From: a virus
Length of the DNA: 64,000 bases
Virus record (IMG/VR): IMGVR_UViG_3300024348_000004
Reading direction: 5' to 3' (one strand)
Shown here: positions 27,950 to 37,788 of the stretch, one piece after another
How positions within the stretch are numbered: position 1 is the first letter of the stretch
Layout: every line of letters starts with the position of its first letter
Notes under the pieces: generated by a model
Told to the model about the DNA's origin: nothing
Databases searched by the model: none
What the model saw: only the letters and a program-made list of their open reading frames with translations
Program-made: the position numbers and the translations under genes

Positions 27950-28108
27950 AGTCTACACATCTATATCATGTGTCCATGTGAAGTGTAGACTAACTGAGAC
28001 CGTAGGAATGGGGGTACTCAGTAAGGGAAAGGTAGTCGGGGTCAAAGCGGGGCTATCGGTACAGAGCGGGATGCTGTAAAGTTGATTGGGGCGACTGTAC
28101 ATCTTTTT
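27950..28108 (+). ncRNA. Candidate structured RNA / rpsU leader
   Basis: Four consecutive hairpins with G-tract loops after TATAAAT (27940); ends in a T-run. Confidence 0.5.
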
Positions 28109-28128
28109 AAATAACGAACGGAAAATTT

Positions 28129-28365
28129 ATGCCAAGTGTAACACCAAGAACAGATAAACGAAAGTCTAACGAAGAACCCTTTGATAGGATGTTGAGACGT
28201 TGGAAGAAATCATGCGAACGTGCTGGTATCGTTCAAGAGGTTAGAGACAGGCAATACTTTGAAAAACCTAGTTCTATTAAGAACGAGCAAAAACAGGCAA
28301 TCAAGCGTAGGAAAAAAATCAACGCAAAGAGGTCTGCTCAAAAAGGTTTTAGACTAGGGAGATAG
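28129..28365 (+). CDS. rpsU: Ribosomal protein bS21
   Basis: 'EPFDRMLRRWKKSCERAGI..EVRDRQYFEKPS'. Confidence 0.92.
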   Translation: MPSVTPRTDKRKSNEEPFDRMLRRWKKSCERAGIVQEVRDRQYFEKPSSIKNEQKQAIKRRKKINAKRSAQKGFRLGR

Positions 28366-28367
28366 AT

Positions 28368-28583
28368 ATGGTAGGGCCTAAAGGAGAAACAACTTACAAC
28401 CTTCATAATGGTTCATGGGAAGGTGGTAAAGGTTCCCACACTAGAGGGAAGGATAAGAAATCATACGATGCTTATGATGCTGGTTGGGACGCAATTTTTG
28501 GTAAAAAGAAAGTAGAGAAGAAAGATGAAACAACTGAGGAGACCACAACGTCCAAAGACGAGGTACCACCAAGTTCTATTTGA
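28368..28583 (+). CDS. Small 'GGKGS...WDAIF' phage protein
   Basis: AGGGAG RBS; recurring phage motif of unknown function. Confidence 0.6.
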   Translation: MVGPKGETTYNLHNGSWEGGKGSHTRGKDKKSYDAYDAGWDAIFGKKKVEKKDETTEETTTSKDEVPPSSI

Positions 28584-28683
28584 GAAGGATTCGCCCTTCC
28601 GAGCTCAAACCATTCCTAATAAGAAAAAACGTATTCCACGTAAATCAAAATATCCTAGATTAGAACGCAACAGCGTATCCTAA
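28525..28683 (+). CDS. ArfA-like basic peptide, 52 aa
   Basis: Read manually: MKQLRRPQRPKTRYHQVLFEKDSPFRAQTIPNKKKRIPRKSKYPRLERNSVS. Confidence 0.45.
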   Translation: MKQLRRPQRPKTRYHQVLFEKDSPFRAQTIPNKKKRIPRKSKYPRLERNSVS

Positions 28684-31143
28684 TTTCGCAGACGAATCAT
28701 TATCATTAACAACAGGCATACTAGATATTGCATTATTAGTAACATTAGTTTGATTGTTATTCTGTTGTGTTACTGCAGTATTGATTGGCGCCTTTTCTGA
28801 TTCAGTCTTTGATTCCAATTCCATTTCTCGAGCAGTCTTAACTCGGTCACCAGTCTCTTCATATTCCATATCACCAAAGAAGTCTTCTTCACCAGTCGCT
28901 ACCATAGTACTCTTAGCATAGTCTTTTCTTTCGTCTAGGGTACCTTGAATGTCTGTTACTTGTTGTTCAGACCTTATCTTAGTCTGTTCAATCTCTGCAG
29001 ATGTCATACCTTCAAAACCAGTCTTGACATTACTGTCATCCATATAGTCTAGTTTGCCAGAATCAGCCTTATTCTGTAGGTATTCTCTTTTCGCATCACC
29101 TTCGAGAGTTTCTCCATTTACGGTAATACTACTTCTCATACCTTGAGCAACATTTCTCTCTCTTCGTCTCAACTGCATATCAGCATCCCATGCTTGCATT
29201 TCTTGAGCCTCTCTTTCATTGATGAGTTCTTGGGTACCAGTATCTTCCAATCCAGTCGCCATCGCTCGAATCGCTGGTGACACTTCACCAGTAGAGTCAA
29301 CTGCTTCAGCCTGTTCATCTGAAATTGGTGCATCAGCATCTTTTCCGAAAATCTTTTTGACCAACCAGTTCGGTAATATCTTTGAAGCAAAATCTCTTAA
29401 CATCTTACCGATGTCTATGTCGAATACATTCTTAAAGAAGTCCCCGATTGCTTTAAACGGTGCCATGAGTAAATCCCATAGTCCACCAAACATACCAGTA
29501 AGACCTTCCATGACTCTATCAAAGTCACCTGTAAATAGTCCCACAACCAAATCAAACATACCAGCAAAGATATCAAAGATTGCTTGACCTATGTTCATGA
29601 TGTATGATATTCCAGTGTCTATGATACCTTTAAACCATCCAACATTCTCATACATTGCCATAAACGCATTGTAGAGTATCACACCAGCTGCAAGTATAGC
29701 AACACCGATTGCAATGAACGGTAGTGCAGTCAATAACATACTACCAGCAGTCATAAGTAGACCGCCAATAAATGCAAGACCAGCTACAATGAATGGTATG
29801 ACAGCGGTAATCATTCTAGCAGCAGCTGTTGCCATTGCTTTGCCTGCATTTAGTATTGCCGTTCCCATTGCACTTGCACCAGCCATTAGGAATACAAGAC
29901 CCGATTTGATTGATGAAGTTGCCGCCATGACCATCGACTTACCAGCAAGTATTAATGACATCCCCATTTGTTTAACGCCACCTAGTATGCCAGAAAGACC
30001 TTTACCGATTACGTTTTTTGCAGTGTCAAATCCAGCGGAAAGACTGGAGGATATAGAACTCACACCTTTTCCAATTACTTCAGCGGGCGAACTTATGAAT
30101 GACTGAAGTCCTTTCAATCCACTCTTCAACCCATCACCGATACTATTAAAGAATCCTGTAGTACTCATTACCAAGTTTTGGAATAAGTCTTCTGTACCGA
30201 ATACCTTACCAACAGCATCAATGTTTTTAACTACATCATCTGCAAGTCCTACAAGGTCAAACCCTGTGAGTGTTTTAAGACCATCTGAGAATTGACCAAG
30301 ACGACCCGAATCCTCTGAAATTTCTTTCATTCTGTCGCCAATTAAAGTTTCTTCTACATCTTTAACTGCTTGTTGTTTATCAAGTACCTTTTGGTTCTGT
30401 TGTTTTAACTCATCTAATTTAGTGCCTTGTAATTCTAGAGTTTCTTTCTCTTTAGCAAATCTTAAATCCAAAGACTCCATAGTTCTTTTCTTAACTGATT
30501 CTGCTTTCTTATCGAGTTCATCTCTTCTTGTGTTTGCTTCACCCAAATCTTTGGCAGTTTGAGCTGCACCTGTTAGTGCAAACTCTTTAGCAAGTTTTTC
30601 AGCATCTTTTCTTGCCTTTTCGGTTTCGGCAAGAAGTGTTTGATATTGTTCTGTCTTACCAAGGATTGTTTCTGTTTGTTGTTCTTGTCTATCTTGAAGT
30701 GCTTTTTTCTTACCATTCAACATCTGTTCACGGAATGCAAGGTTCTCATTCTCTTCCGATGCTTCCATGAATTTTTTATGTGAGTTGACGTACTTCGATA
30801 AATCTACATCAGGAAAGGATTCCTCTAACTTTTTAAATTCTTCAGATGACTTATCGACAGTTCCTTCCATAACACTAGCAAGGTTAGATTGCAAACCTAA
30901 AAGTTTGTTTCCCTGTAAAGCGCCTGAGTAGGTGGACTTTTGAGTATTGATAGAATCGAGTGATATCTTTGATAGCGCTTGGTTGGTAGTTTTAAGTTTT
31001 TCAATAGAAGCACCAAACCGTTTGTTAACGCTCTTCATGCCCTTATCGATATCTCTACCACCTTGCTGTAACGTCTTTTCTATGTCAGTCGTTACACTGG
31101 TGATTCTATCGTTAATCTTCTTTATGTCCTTGTCATCTGCCAT
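28660..31143 (-). CDS. Tape measure / gp29-like protein
   Basis: 827 aa; N-terminal coiled coil, Gly/Ala-rich hydrophobic middle, C-terminal 'QNNNQTNVTNN'; follows gp26/gp51. Confidence 0.75.
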   Translation of the reverse strand: MADDKDIKKINDRITSVTTDIEKTLQQGGRDIDKGMKSVNKRFGASIEKLKTTNQALSKISLDSINTQKSTYSGALQGNKLLGLQSNLASVMEGTVDKSSEEFKKLEESFPDVDLSKYVNSHKKFMEASEENENLAFREQMLNGKKKALQDRQEQQTETILGKTEQYQTLLAETEKARKDAEKLAKEFALTGAAQTAKDLGEANTRRDELDKKAESVKKRTMESLDLRFAKEKETLELQGTKLDELKQQNQKVLDKQQAVKDVEETLIGDRMKEISEDSGRLGQFSDGLKTLTGFDLVGLADDVVKNIDAVGKVFGTEDLFQNLVMSTTGFFNSIGDGLKSGLKGLQSFISSPAEVIGKGVSSISSSLSAGFDTAKNVIGKGLSGILGGVKQMGMSLILAGKSMVMAATSSIKSGLVFLMAGASAMGTAILNAGKAMATAAARMITAVIPFIVAGLAFIGGLLMTAGSMLLTALPFIAIGVAILAAGVILYNAFMAMYENVGWFKGIIDTGISYIMNIGQAIFDIFAGMFDLVVGLFTGDFDRVMEGLTGMFGGLWDLLMAPFKAIGDFFKNVFDIDIGKMLRDFASKILPNWLVKKIFGKDADAPISDEQAEAVDSTGEVSPAIRAMATGLEDTGTQELINEREAQEMQAWDADMQLRRRERNVAQGMRSSITVNGETLEGDAKREYLQNKADSGKLDYMDDSNVKTGFEGMTSAEIEQTKIRSEQQVTDIQGTLDERKDYAKSTMVATGEEDFFGDMEYEETGDRVKTAREMELESKTESEKAPINTAVTQQNNNQTNVTNNAISSMPVVNDNDSSAKLGYAVAF

Positions 31144-31147
31144 TTAA

Positions 31148-31534
31148 TTATTTTCCGAATGCTTTTCCTGCTTCTGATATTCCAAACGCACCTAACGTTA
31201 CTACAACAAATGAAGTGTAGATAGTGTCAGATACTTTTAAGTCCATATCCCAAAATGCAGTAATTAAATCTGCCATTCCGAATACGACCATTAAAAAGAA
31301 TGATGCAAATCCTATGATTGCTTTTTCATTGATGTCATTTTCATCTCTGAACAATGCACCAACAGAGAACCTTTCTTTTGGTTTTGCTGCTGCTGTTGCA
31401 ACTTGCAATTCCTTAGATAACTTCTCCATCTCTTTGATTTTGTCCTGTGCTTCGTCTAACTTCAAGACCATCTCTGTATACTTAGCAACATCTATCTCGA
31501 CATTACCTTGACTAATTTTTTTGTCGTCACTCAT
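31148..31534 (-). CDS. Membrane protein (coiled coil + 2 TM), possible holin
   Basis: Hydrophobicity pattern; GAGGA RBS. Confidence 0.5.
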   Translation of the reverse strand: MSDDKKISQGNVEIDVAKYTEMVLKLDEAQDKIKEMEKLSKELQVATAAAKPKERFSVGALFRDENDINEKAIIGFASFFLMVVFGMADLITAFWDMDLKVSDTIYTSFVVVTLGAFGISEAGKAFGK

Positions 31535-31579
31535 AATTTGTGTCCTCTATTATTATGAATCACTTACGCATAACGAATA

Positions 31580-31768
31580 TTAATTATTCTTTCGTTGTTC
31601 GTTCTTTAGCCTTTCCTCTTCTAAGTGTTGAAGTAATAGGTTGATGTATACCTCTCGTTCCCATGGTATCATCTCATCTAGTTCAGTTAATGAATACTTG
31701 TGGTGTTGCATTAACTGAAAGTTGGTGTTATAAAAATTCAACACCGACTCGTGGGAAAGGCCTATTAA
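31580..31768 (-). CDS. gp51: gp51-like baseplate hub assembly segment (likely frameshift extension of gp26)
   Basis: 'LSHESVLNFYNTNFQLMQHHKYSLTELDEMIPWEREVYINLL' in the -1 frame relative to gp26. Confidence 0.8.
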   Translation of the reverse strand, partial: LIGLSHESVLNFYNTNFQLMQHHKYSLTELDEMIPWEREVYINLLLQHLEEERLKNEQRKNN

Positions 31769-32469
31769 AAAAAACTTTGGATGCCTTCCAGTACTCTAGT
31801 GTTCTCTTTGGAACATATTTCGCACGAGTAACTTACTTCATGTCTTAGTTTTGGTAAACTATCAAAGAACTGCCCGAGTTTGTCTAGTTGATTAAACGTC
31901 AAACTATCAAAAAACTCATCTAACTCTTTTTGAGATACATCTTCCATAGGATACACTTCATTGGCATCAAATACAGAAGTGATACATCTCTTCACAATCT
32001 CCATACTCTGTTGTGTTTCGTCCATCTTTGTCAATCCATCGATGTCTCTAACACTAGGAACTTTCAATTTAACACCCAAGTCATCTGTTAACATGACTGT
32101 GTCTTCTTCAGGCATTTCACTTGTGGGTGCAATGTCTTCCAAATTTAAATCTACTTTTGCATTTCCTCTACATCCTTCGTCTGTACAACCAAGTACTAAC
32201 TTAGATGTTTCACCAACTGAAACAGAACGGACTTTAATAAACAACCATTCCATATCCATCATAGCAATATTTGGTATTTTTAATTTACCAAATGTACATG
32301 CATCAAGCATCTTAATGATTGATTGCATAACTTGTTCTTGGTCATTGCTTTCTTTTGCCATGACTAGAACTTTTTGTTCCTTTACTAGGAATGGTCTGTA
32401 TTCTACTTCTTGACCATTACTAGGTAGCACTGTTTTATAAGTCGGTGCCGACTGAATCGGTAATGCCAT
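31765..32469 (-). CDS. gp26: Baseplate hub assembly protein gp26
   Basis: 'MALP...YRPFLVKEQK', 'RSVSVGE', 'CEIC...LEGIQSFF'. Confidence 0.9.
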   Translation of the reverse strand: MALPIQSAPTYKTVLPSNGQEVEYRPFLVKEQKVLVMAKESNDQEQVMQSIIKMLDACTFGKLKIPNIAMMDMEWLFIKVRSVSVGETSKLVLGCTDEGCRGNAKVDLNLEDIAPTSEMPEEDTVMLTDDLGVKLKVPSVRDIDGLTKMDETQQSMEIVKRCITSVFDANEVYPMEDVSQKELDEFFDSLTFNQLDKLGQFFDSLPKLRHEVSYSCEICSKENTRVLEGIQSFF

Positions 32470-32488
32470 AATTACTCCATATTATATT

Positions 32489-33325
32489 TTATTGAGTTCC
32501 AAAAAGGTCTCTCACATTCTTGTAACTGTTATCAATCCTCGATTTTGCAGTAGTAAGTCCTGAGACTTTATTCTGTAACCTTCCAGCAGAACTAGAAAAT
32601 CTAGAACCGATTGCTAAGGCCTCTTGCAAGTTATCGATTTGACTCCTACCACTATTTAGTCCGTTCGGAGTCGTCCCTTCACCATTGTAAACAGGGTGAG
32701 GAGTTTTCTGTGGATTTTTACTCTCCACATATTCTGTAGTAAAATATCTGTATGCAAATTGTACACTTACACTTAACATTTCACCTTGTGCCATATCCAA
32801 TACCAGTTCATCGATTGATGTTGGATATGCATCATGTAATCTTGTTATTAGACTTGCACCTTGTTGCCCATCGGAAGCAAAGGTAGGATTATACCCATCC
32901 TTTCTAAGGTGTTTAATTTCTACTTCACCAATATAGTCTTTATAGAATGCAAAGATAGGTTGTGTGTTTGGGTCTGAACCTTCTCCTTGTTCAGGAGCTG
33001 CAGTGTCACCACCATAGATTGAGTCTAACCACAATTGCATGATTCTTCTATCTAAGAAATCAATGTCACAATAGAATGTGAATGTTGCAGTTCCACCGTC
33101 ATCAATTTTACCTGTTGGAAGAAATTTAGATTTACCTTGTGTGTTCCTTTCAGTAACTTCTATTTTTCTACTTGGAATAGTTGCAGTCTTACATCTAACT
33201 GCATTGAGTGTTAACCCTTGAGGGCCAAAAAACGCAACCTCAAATTGGTTTGCCATTGCTGGAGCTTTAATTGCACCGATGATAGTGTCTATCGAGTCGT
33301 GCCTATTTCTTGGTTTATCTTCCAT
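32489..33325 (-). CDS. Tail-tube-like baseplate protein (gp54/gp19-like)
   Basis: 'NQFEV', 'C..ATIPS', 'TFTFYCD', 'LHDAYPTSI', 'VQFAYRY'. Confidence 0.7.
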   Translation of the reverse strand: MEDKPRNRHDSIDTIIGAIKAPAMANQFEVAFFGPQGLTLNAVRCKTATIPSRKIEVTERNTQGKSKFLPTGKIDDGGTATFTFYCDIDFLDRRIMQLWLDSIYGGDTAAPEQGEGSDPNTQPIFAFYKDYIGEVEIKHLRKDGYNPTFASDGQQGASLITRLHDAYPTSIDELVLDMAQGEMLSVSVQFAYRYFTTEYVESKNPQKTPHPVYNGEGTTPNGLNSGRSQIDNLQEALAIGSRFSSSAGRLQNKVSGLTTAKSRIDNSYKNVRDLFGTQ

Positions 33326-33408
33326 TATACTTCCTTAAATAAATAACAATGCCAATACAAATCCAACATTAAAACCTAGTGAGCATACTAGAATGAAATC
33401 TTTTATCA

Positions 33409-34005
33409 TTATATTACTCTCTTGAGTGATTCAGCGTATACTCTGTTTGCATTGAATGCTGAACCTTGGTTATCTACAAATTTCTGAGATGGTAACATTG
33501 CAACCACGTCCCAGTAATCATATGGTATCTCTCTTATTTGACCTTTAATATGTGTGGTGAGATACTCTTTCACACACGGTCTTGCCCATTTTAACTTTGA
33601 TATGGACTTAACCATATCGTATGTAAGTTTTAGTCTAGTGTTCTCATCATCCCCCATATCGGGGTCTACTGCTAACTGGTCAAAAACTTCTAACAACTCC
33701 AACCTCTTTCTTGGTGGGAGATAGTGTAAATTTAAACCTAAGAATCCTTTACCTCTAGGTTCTATTGGTATCACTACAGGGTATTTATCCCAATACGGCA
33801 ATGTAGCATACCCCTTTGCATCATAATTAAACAACACTAGAGTACCTAAAAATGGTCGTCTTATTGGTGTTCCTTCTACTAGTAACTTATTACGATTGAC
33901 CTTTATATTTCTAAGATTGTCCTTAAACCATTCTCTAGCTTCTAAGGACTTTTCTTCAATCTCAGATGGAAGTAAGTTATCATAGTTCTTAAGAATAGAT
34001 GCCAT
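33409..34005 (-). CDS. gp2: DNA end protector gp2
   Basis: 'FNYDAK...LPYWDKYP', 'GLNLHYLPP', 'PCVKEYL'. Confidence 0.9.
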   Translation of the reverse strand: MASILKNYDNLLPSEIEEKSLEAREWFKDNLRNIKVNRNKLLVEGTPIRRPFLGTLVLFNYDAKGYATLPYWDKYPVVIPIEPRGKGFLGLNLHYLPPRKRLELLEVFDQLAVDPDMGDDENTRLKLTYDMVKSISKLKWARPCVKEYLTTHIKGQIREIPYDYWDVVAMLPSQKFVDNQGSAFNANRVYAESLKRVI

Positions 34006-34010
34006 ACATC

Positions 34011-34018
34011 TATTTATA
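34011..34018 (-). promoter_or_regulatory. T4-type late promoter for gp2
   Basis: TATAAATA on minus strand, 5 nt before ATG. Confidence 0.8.
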
Positions 34019-34450
34019 CTAAGTTAGATGGTCTTCAGTTAATATTCTAAATTTATATTTACGGTCTTTACAGTATTCGTTTGCTGCTTTGAACTTTGCT
34101 TGATTGATAAGATAAGTTGCAACCTCGTTGATGTATCTTTTGGTTTTTCTTTTGGGTTCTTTAGGAGGTTTAGTTTGTTTCTTAGGTTTAACTTCTATAA
34201 TCTCATGCAACACTTCACCCCTAGTGTTACGATACTTGATATAGAAATCAGGGAAGTATCTATGAACCTTTTTATCTACTGGTGAGATGTATGGAATGAT
34301 GATTTCTTCACTACCCCATTCAATAATATTGTTGTTATCATCACAATATTGCATGAATCTTCGCTCCCACAGCGAACGATAGACAATCTTTGTGGGGTCG
34401 CCTGTATATTTTTTGTAATTCTTCGGTTTAAACCGTCCGCTATATGACAT
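34019..34450 (-). CDS. gp4: Head completion nuclease gp4 (TnsA-like)
   Basis: 'YRSLWE', 'WGSEE', 'RYFPDF', 'IEVKP'. Confidence 0.92.
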   Translation of the reverse strand: MSYSGRFKPKNYKKYTGDPTKIVYRSLWERRFMQYCDDNNNIIEWGSEEIIIPYISPVDKKVHRYFPDFYIKYRNTRGEVLHEIIEVKPKKQTKPPKEPKRKTKRYINEVATYLINQAKFKAANEYCKDRKYKFRILTEDHLT

Positions 34451-34488
34451 AAATAGATGTAACAATAATGAAACTCTAGGTATTTATA
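34448..34488. promoter_or_regulatory. Face-to-face late promoters for gp48 (+) and gp4 (-)
   Basis: CATAAATA at 34448 (+); TATAAATA at 34481-34488 (-). Confidence 0.65.
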
Positions 34489-34489
34489 C

Positions 34490-35578
34490 ATGGCATCACT
34501 AAACAAAATTCTATCGAAAGTCAACTCTGCTTCATCAGCATTGAAATCAGTAAAGGGTCTTAAGTCTAAAATCTCAAATACAGACTACAAAAAAACAATC
34601 GCAGACCTATCAAACTATGATGCTCTTAAAGAACTAGCAGATAAAGAAAGAGAGATATTAGAAGGAAGAAGAAGTAGACTCAATCAAGATGAGGATGCTG
34701 CTAATAAAATGAAATCCATTAAGGCTGCTAAGAGACCACCCGCTGGACAAACAAAAGAACTACAGTATCCTTTAGAACAACTCAACAACTATCTAGAAAT
34801 AAAAATTAGACCAAGAAAACAACAGAACAGTGGTGCTAATGCTAAAAACTTAATGAATGATTCAGAGTCATACATTTATATGTACGTTCCTACTGGACAA
34901 GTAAGTGAAGCGAAAGTTTCATACAAAGAAGGTGAGGTTGGTGTAGCTGCAAGGGGTATTTTGGATGTCATGGGAGCAGACGGTTTCGTTGATACAAGTG
35001 TGGCAATTGGTGATGCATTGAATGCTGCTATATCGTCAGGTCTAAATAAGATGGCTAATATGGCAACAGGTGATGTTGTTAACTTTGCACAGGGACAAGC
35101 AGTCAACCCGATGAAAGAACAGATGTTAGAGGGTGTTGGGTTTCGTTCATTCAGTATGGAATTTACAATGAGACCAGTATCGCAAGAAGAAGCAGATGTA
35201 TGTAAAGAAATTATATACACTTTAAGAACTGCCATGTTACCCGACACTTTTGGTTCGGATGAGACAAATCAGATTGAAAATTATTTCAACTATCCGAACA
35301 TTATCGATTTAAGATGGGAAGGGCCTATTGCAAATACTATGGACGGATTCTTACCAGCAGTAATTACAGATGCATCTGTAACATATGGTGGCGGTAGTAC
35401 ACTAGAGACTTTTTCCGATGGCACACCACTAGAGATGAAGTTGAATTTATCATTTACTGAGATTAAAGTTCTTACACAGGAAACGTATCAGATGATATCA
35501 CCACATCCAAAAGCAGACACTAGTATAGGTGGTGGTACACAAAGTATATTTAACAATAGAGATACAACCAACGGATAA
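34490..35578 (+). CDS. gp48: Baseplate tail tube cap gp48
   Basis: 'NPMKEQMLEGVGFRSFSMEF', 'LSFTEI'; synteny. Confidence 0.85.
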   Translation: MASLNKILSKVNSASSALKSVKGLKSKISNTDYKKTIADLSNYDALKELADKEREILEGRRSRLNQDEDAANKMKSIKAAKRPPAGQTKELQYPLEQLNNYLEIKIRPRKQQNSGANAKNLMNDSESYIYMYVPTGQVSEAKVSYKEGEVGVAARGILDVMGADGFVDTSVAIGDALNAAISSGLNKMANMATGDVVNFAQGQAVNPMKEQMLEGVGFRSFSMEFTMRPVSQEEADVCKEIIYTLRTAMLPDTFGSDETNQIENYFNYPNIIDLRWEGPIANTMDGFLPAVITDASVTYGGGSTLETFSDGTPLEMKLNLSFTEIKVLTQETYQMISPHPKADTSIGGGTQSIFNNRDTTNG

Positions 35579-35583
35579 CAATT

Positions 35584-36321
35584 ATGGCATCACAATTATT
35601 TAAAAACTTTCCAACGATACAGTATAAACTTAATGATGGCAGAATTATCCACATCAAAGATTTCTTCCGTAAGGGTAAGATTGAATTACAAAAAGTTAAT
35701 ACACTGATTGATTATGAGTTTTATCAATTAGATGAAGGTGAAAGACCCGATATAGTTGCTTCCAAACTATACGGAGATAGTGATTTGCATTGGGTATTAT
35801 TCCTAGTGAATGAGATAGATAATTACTATGATTGGTATATGGACAACACCACTTTTAATAATTATCTAGATAAAAAATATGAAGGTGTATATCTAACCGC
35901 ATCATCTTCAACAGATATTGTGGGCCCACACAACACAGATGGACAGGGTAATATCACATCCGATAATAAATTCTTATTGGGTGAAATAATCACACAAGGT
36001 ACAACAACAGGACACGTATTACAGGTCGACCCATCGAACAACCGACTTAGAGTTACTGCTGGAGATTGGAGTGCAGACCAAACTATAACAGGCTCTCTCA
36101 AGAGTTCTACAGTACAAGGTGTAGTGCAACCAAGAGATTCCATATCACACTACGTTAATAGTAAGGGTATAAAATCCTCAACACCTCAGAGTGGATTTCA
36201 AAGTGTAAGTATATGGGAAATGGAAAATGCACTTAATGAAGATAAGAGAAAAATTAAAGTAATCAAACCGCAGTATATAAAAACTGTGGTAACCCAATAC
36301 GAATCACTTTTGCAAGTTTAA
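35584..36321 (+). CDS. gp53: Baseplate wedge protein gp53
   Basis: 'GERPDIVASKLYGDSDLHW', 'NEDKRKIKV'. Confidence 0.9.
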   Translation: MASQLFKNFPTIQYKLNDGRIIHIKDFFRKGKIELQKVNTLIDYEFYQLDEGERPDIVASKLYGDSDLHWVLFLVNEIDNYYDWYMDNTTFNNYLDKKYEGVYLTASSSTDIVGPHNTDGQGNITSDNKFLLGEIITQGTTTGHVLQVDPSNNRLRVTAGDWSADQTITGSLKSSTVQGVVQPRDSISHYVNSKGIKSSTPQSGFQSVSIWEMENALNEDKRKIKVIKPQYIKTVVTQYESLLQV

Positions 36322-36324
36322 TAT

Positions 36325-37788
36325 ATGACAACAGATAACCGTAAGGGTGGTGAGTTTTTTATAAACTCAATAACACTCTCCAATCAATTCAAAGAATCCG
36401 TTGAGATAACCAAACTCATAACTGGATTTCGCTTGTACGAATCTATCTACAAAAAGTACACTACTGGAGAGATACACTTCATTGATGGTCTAAATTTAAT
36501 TAAAAATTACAGGTTTACTGGTCAGGAGTTCATACGTGTTTCCATATCTATGAAACAGGGAACTGGAGAAAAGGCGGCTAAAGAAGATAGTATCGATAGA
36601 GACTTTCGTGTATATAAGGCATCAAATATAAACCGTGTCAATGATACTACACAGACGTATGTATTGAGACTATGTGACCCACGAATGTTTGCGTGTGAGC
36701 GTGTACGTGTAAGTAAGGCGATGCGTGGTTCGTATGATAAGATGTTACAAAACATCTTAGTAGAAGACGTTAAGATGAAACCCGAAGAGTTCGACTCATG
36801 GGAAACGACCATACCCGACAACAATCAGATGGTATGGCCCAATTGGAAAGTCTCTAAAATAATAGACTGGATAACACAAAACTCATCTATAGGAAACAAG
36901 ACATCGTTTAAAAATGGTATGTTCTTTTTCCAAACACTAAATGGTAAGTATAAGTTCAAATCTATTGACACTATGATGGAACAAGAGTATCCACTATCAT
37001 TTTCTTACAGACCAAGAACAGAAAACTTGGATACTGGAGAAACCGACATCAATGCCCCAAGTGGTTTGAACACACAAATTGTAAGTTACACTAGACCACA
37101 AGCATTCGATACGCTTAGAGGTACTATCGCTGGAGCGTATGCTAGTTCCATGAAAGTGTATGACCCTGTTAGGAAAATTGAAGAGGATATTGTATTTGAC
37201 TTGGAAGAAAGTTTTAAAAAGGGTAACCATGTCTCTGGCAAAAATCCAATAATATTAACAGATGGTGGTGAATCTTTTACTGAGATGACACTTACTACAG
37301 AAGATATTGTTGACAAATTTGTATCCCCCAATGTGACTGAGGTGGATGCTAATTTAGCACCCAACAAAGCATTTGACAGTGTTGTGGTCTATGATTACAC
37401 TACTACACATGTATTTGACCAATCAACATCTCTTACTGAAAATGAGGTGTTCCAAGGTCAGAAGAATAAAGACAACGCAAAATTAGAAAGACAATCGATG
37501 ATGGAGATACTACAACAACATACTATGGTAGTGTCCATTCCATTTAGAACAGATATTAGTTGCGGAACTATTATCAACTTAGAATTACCCGAACCGCAAC
37601 TAGCATCTAGTGCAGAAAGTAAAGATAAACTGAATGACGGTAGATATTTAATTACTGATATATGTTTCCAAGGAAATGTATTAGAGAATGGTGGTCTATG
37701 TAATATAGAGTGTGTTAAGGAGAGTTTTGCTAAAGCGATAACATCCATCAACCCACAAGACAGTATGGAAGCACCCGAGGACGATTAA
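36325..37788 (+). CDS. Baseplate hub protein (gp27-like)
   Basis: 'LYESI', 'FFFQT', 'GRYLIT'; lies between gp53 and gp5. Confidence 0.65.
   Translation: MTTDNRKGGEFFINSITLSNQFKESVEITKLITGFRLYESIYKKYTTGEIHFIDGLNLIKNYRFTGQEFIRVSISMKQGTGEKAAKEDSIDRDFRVYKASNINRVNDTTQTYVLRLCDPRMFACERVRVSKAMRGSYDKMLQNILVEDVKMKPEEFDSWETTIPDNNQMVWPNWKVSKIIDWITQNSSIGNKTSFKNGMFFFQTLNGKYKFKSIDTMMEQEYPLSFSYRPRTENLDTGETDINAPSGLNTQIVSYTRPQAFDTLRGTIAGAYASSMKVYDPVRKIEEDIVFDLEESFKKGNHVSGKNPIILTDGGESFTEMTLTTEDIVDKFVSPNVTEVDANLAPNKAFDSVVVYDYTTTHVFDQSTSLTENEVFQGQKNKDNAKLERQSMMEILQQHTMVVSIPFRTDISCGTIINLELPEPQLASSAESKDKLNDGRYLITDICFQGNVLENGGLCNIECVKESFAKAITSINPQDSMEAPEDD

Noticed and set aside
33335-33409. 24-aa hydrophobic minus-strand ORF between gp2 and the tube-like gene
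   Set aside because: Too short to support without conservation data
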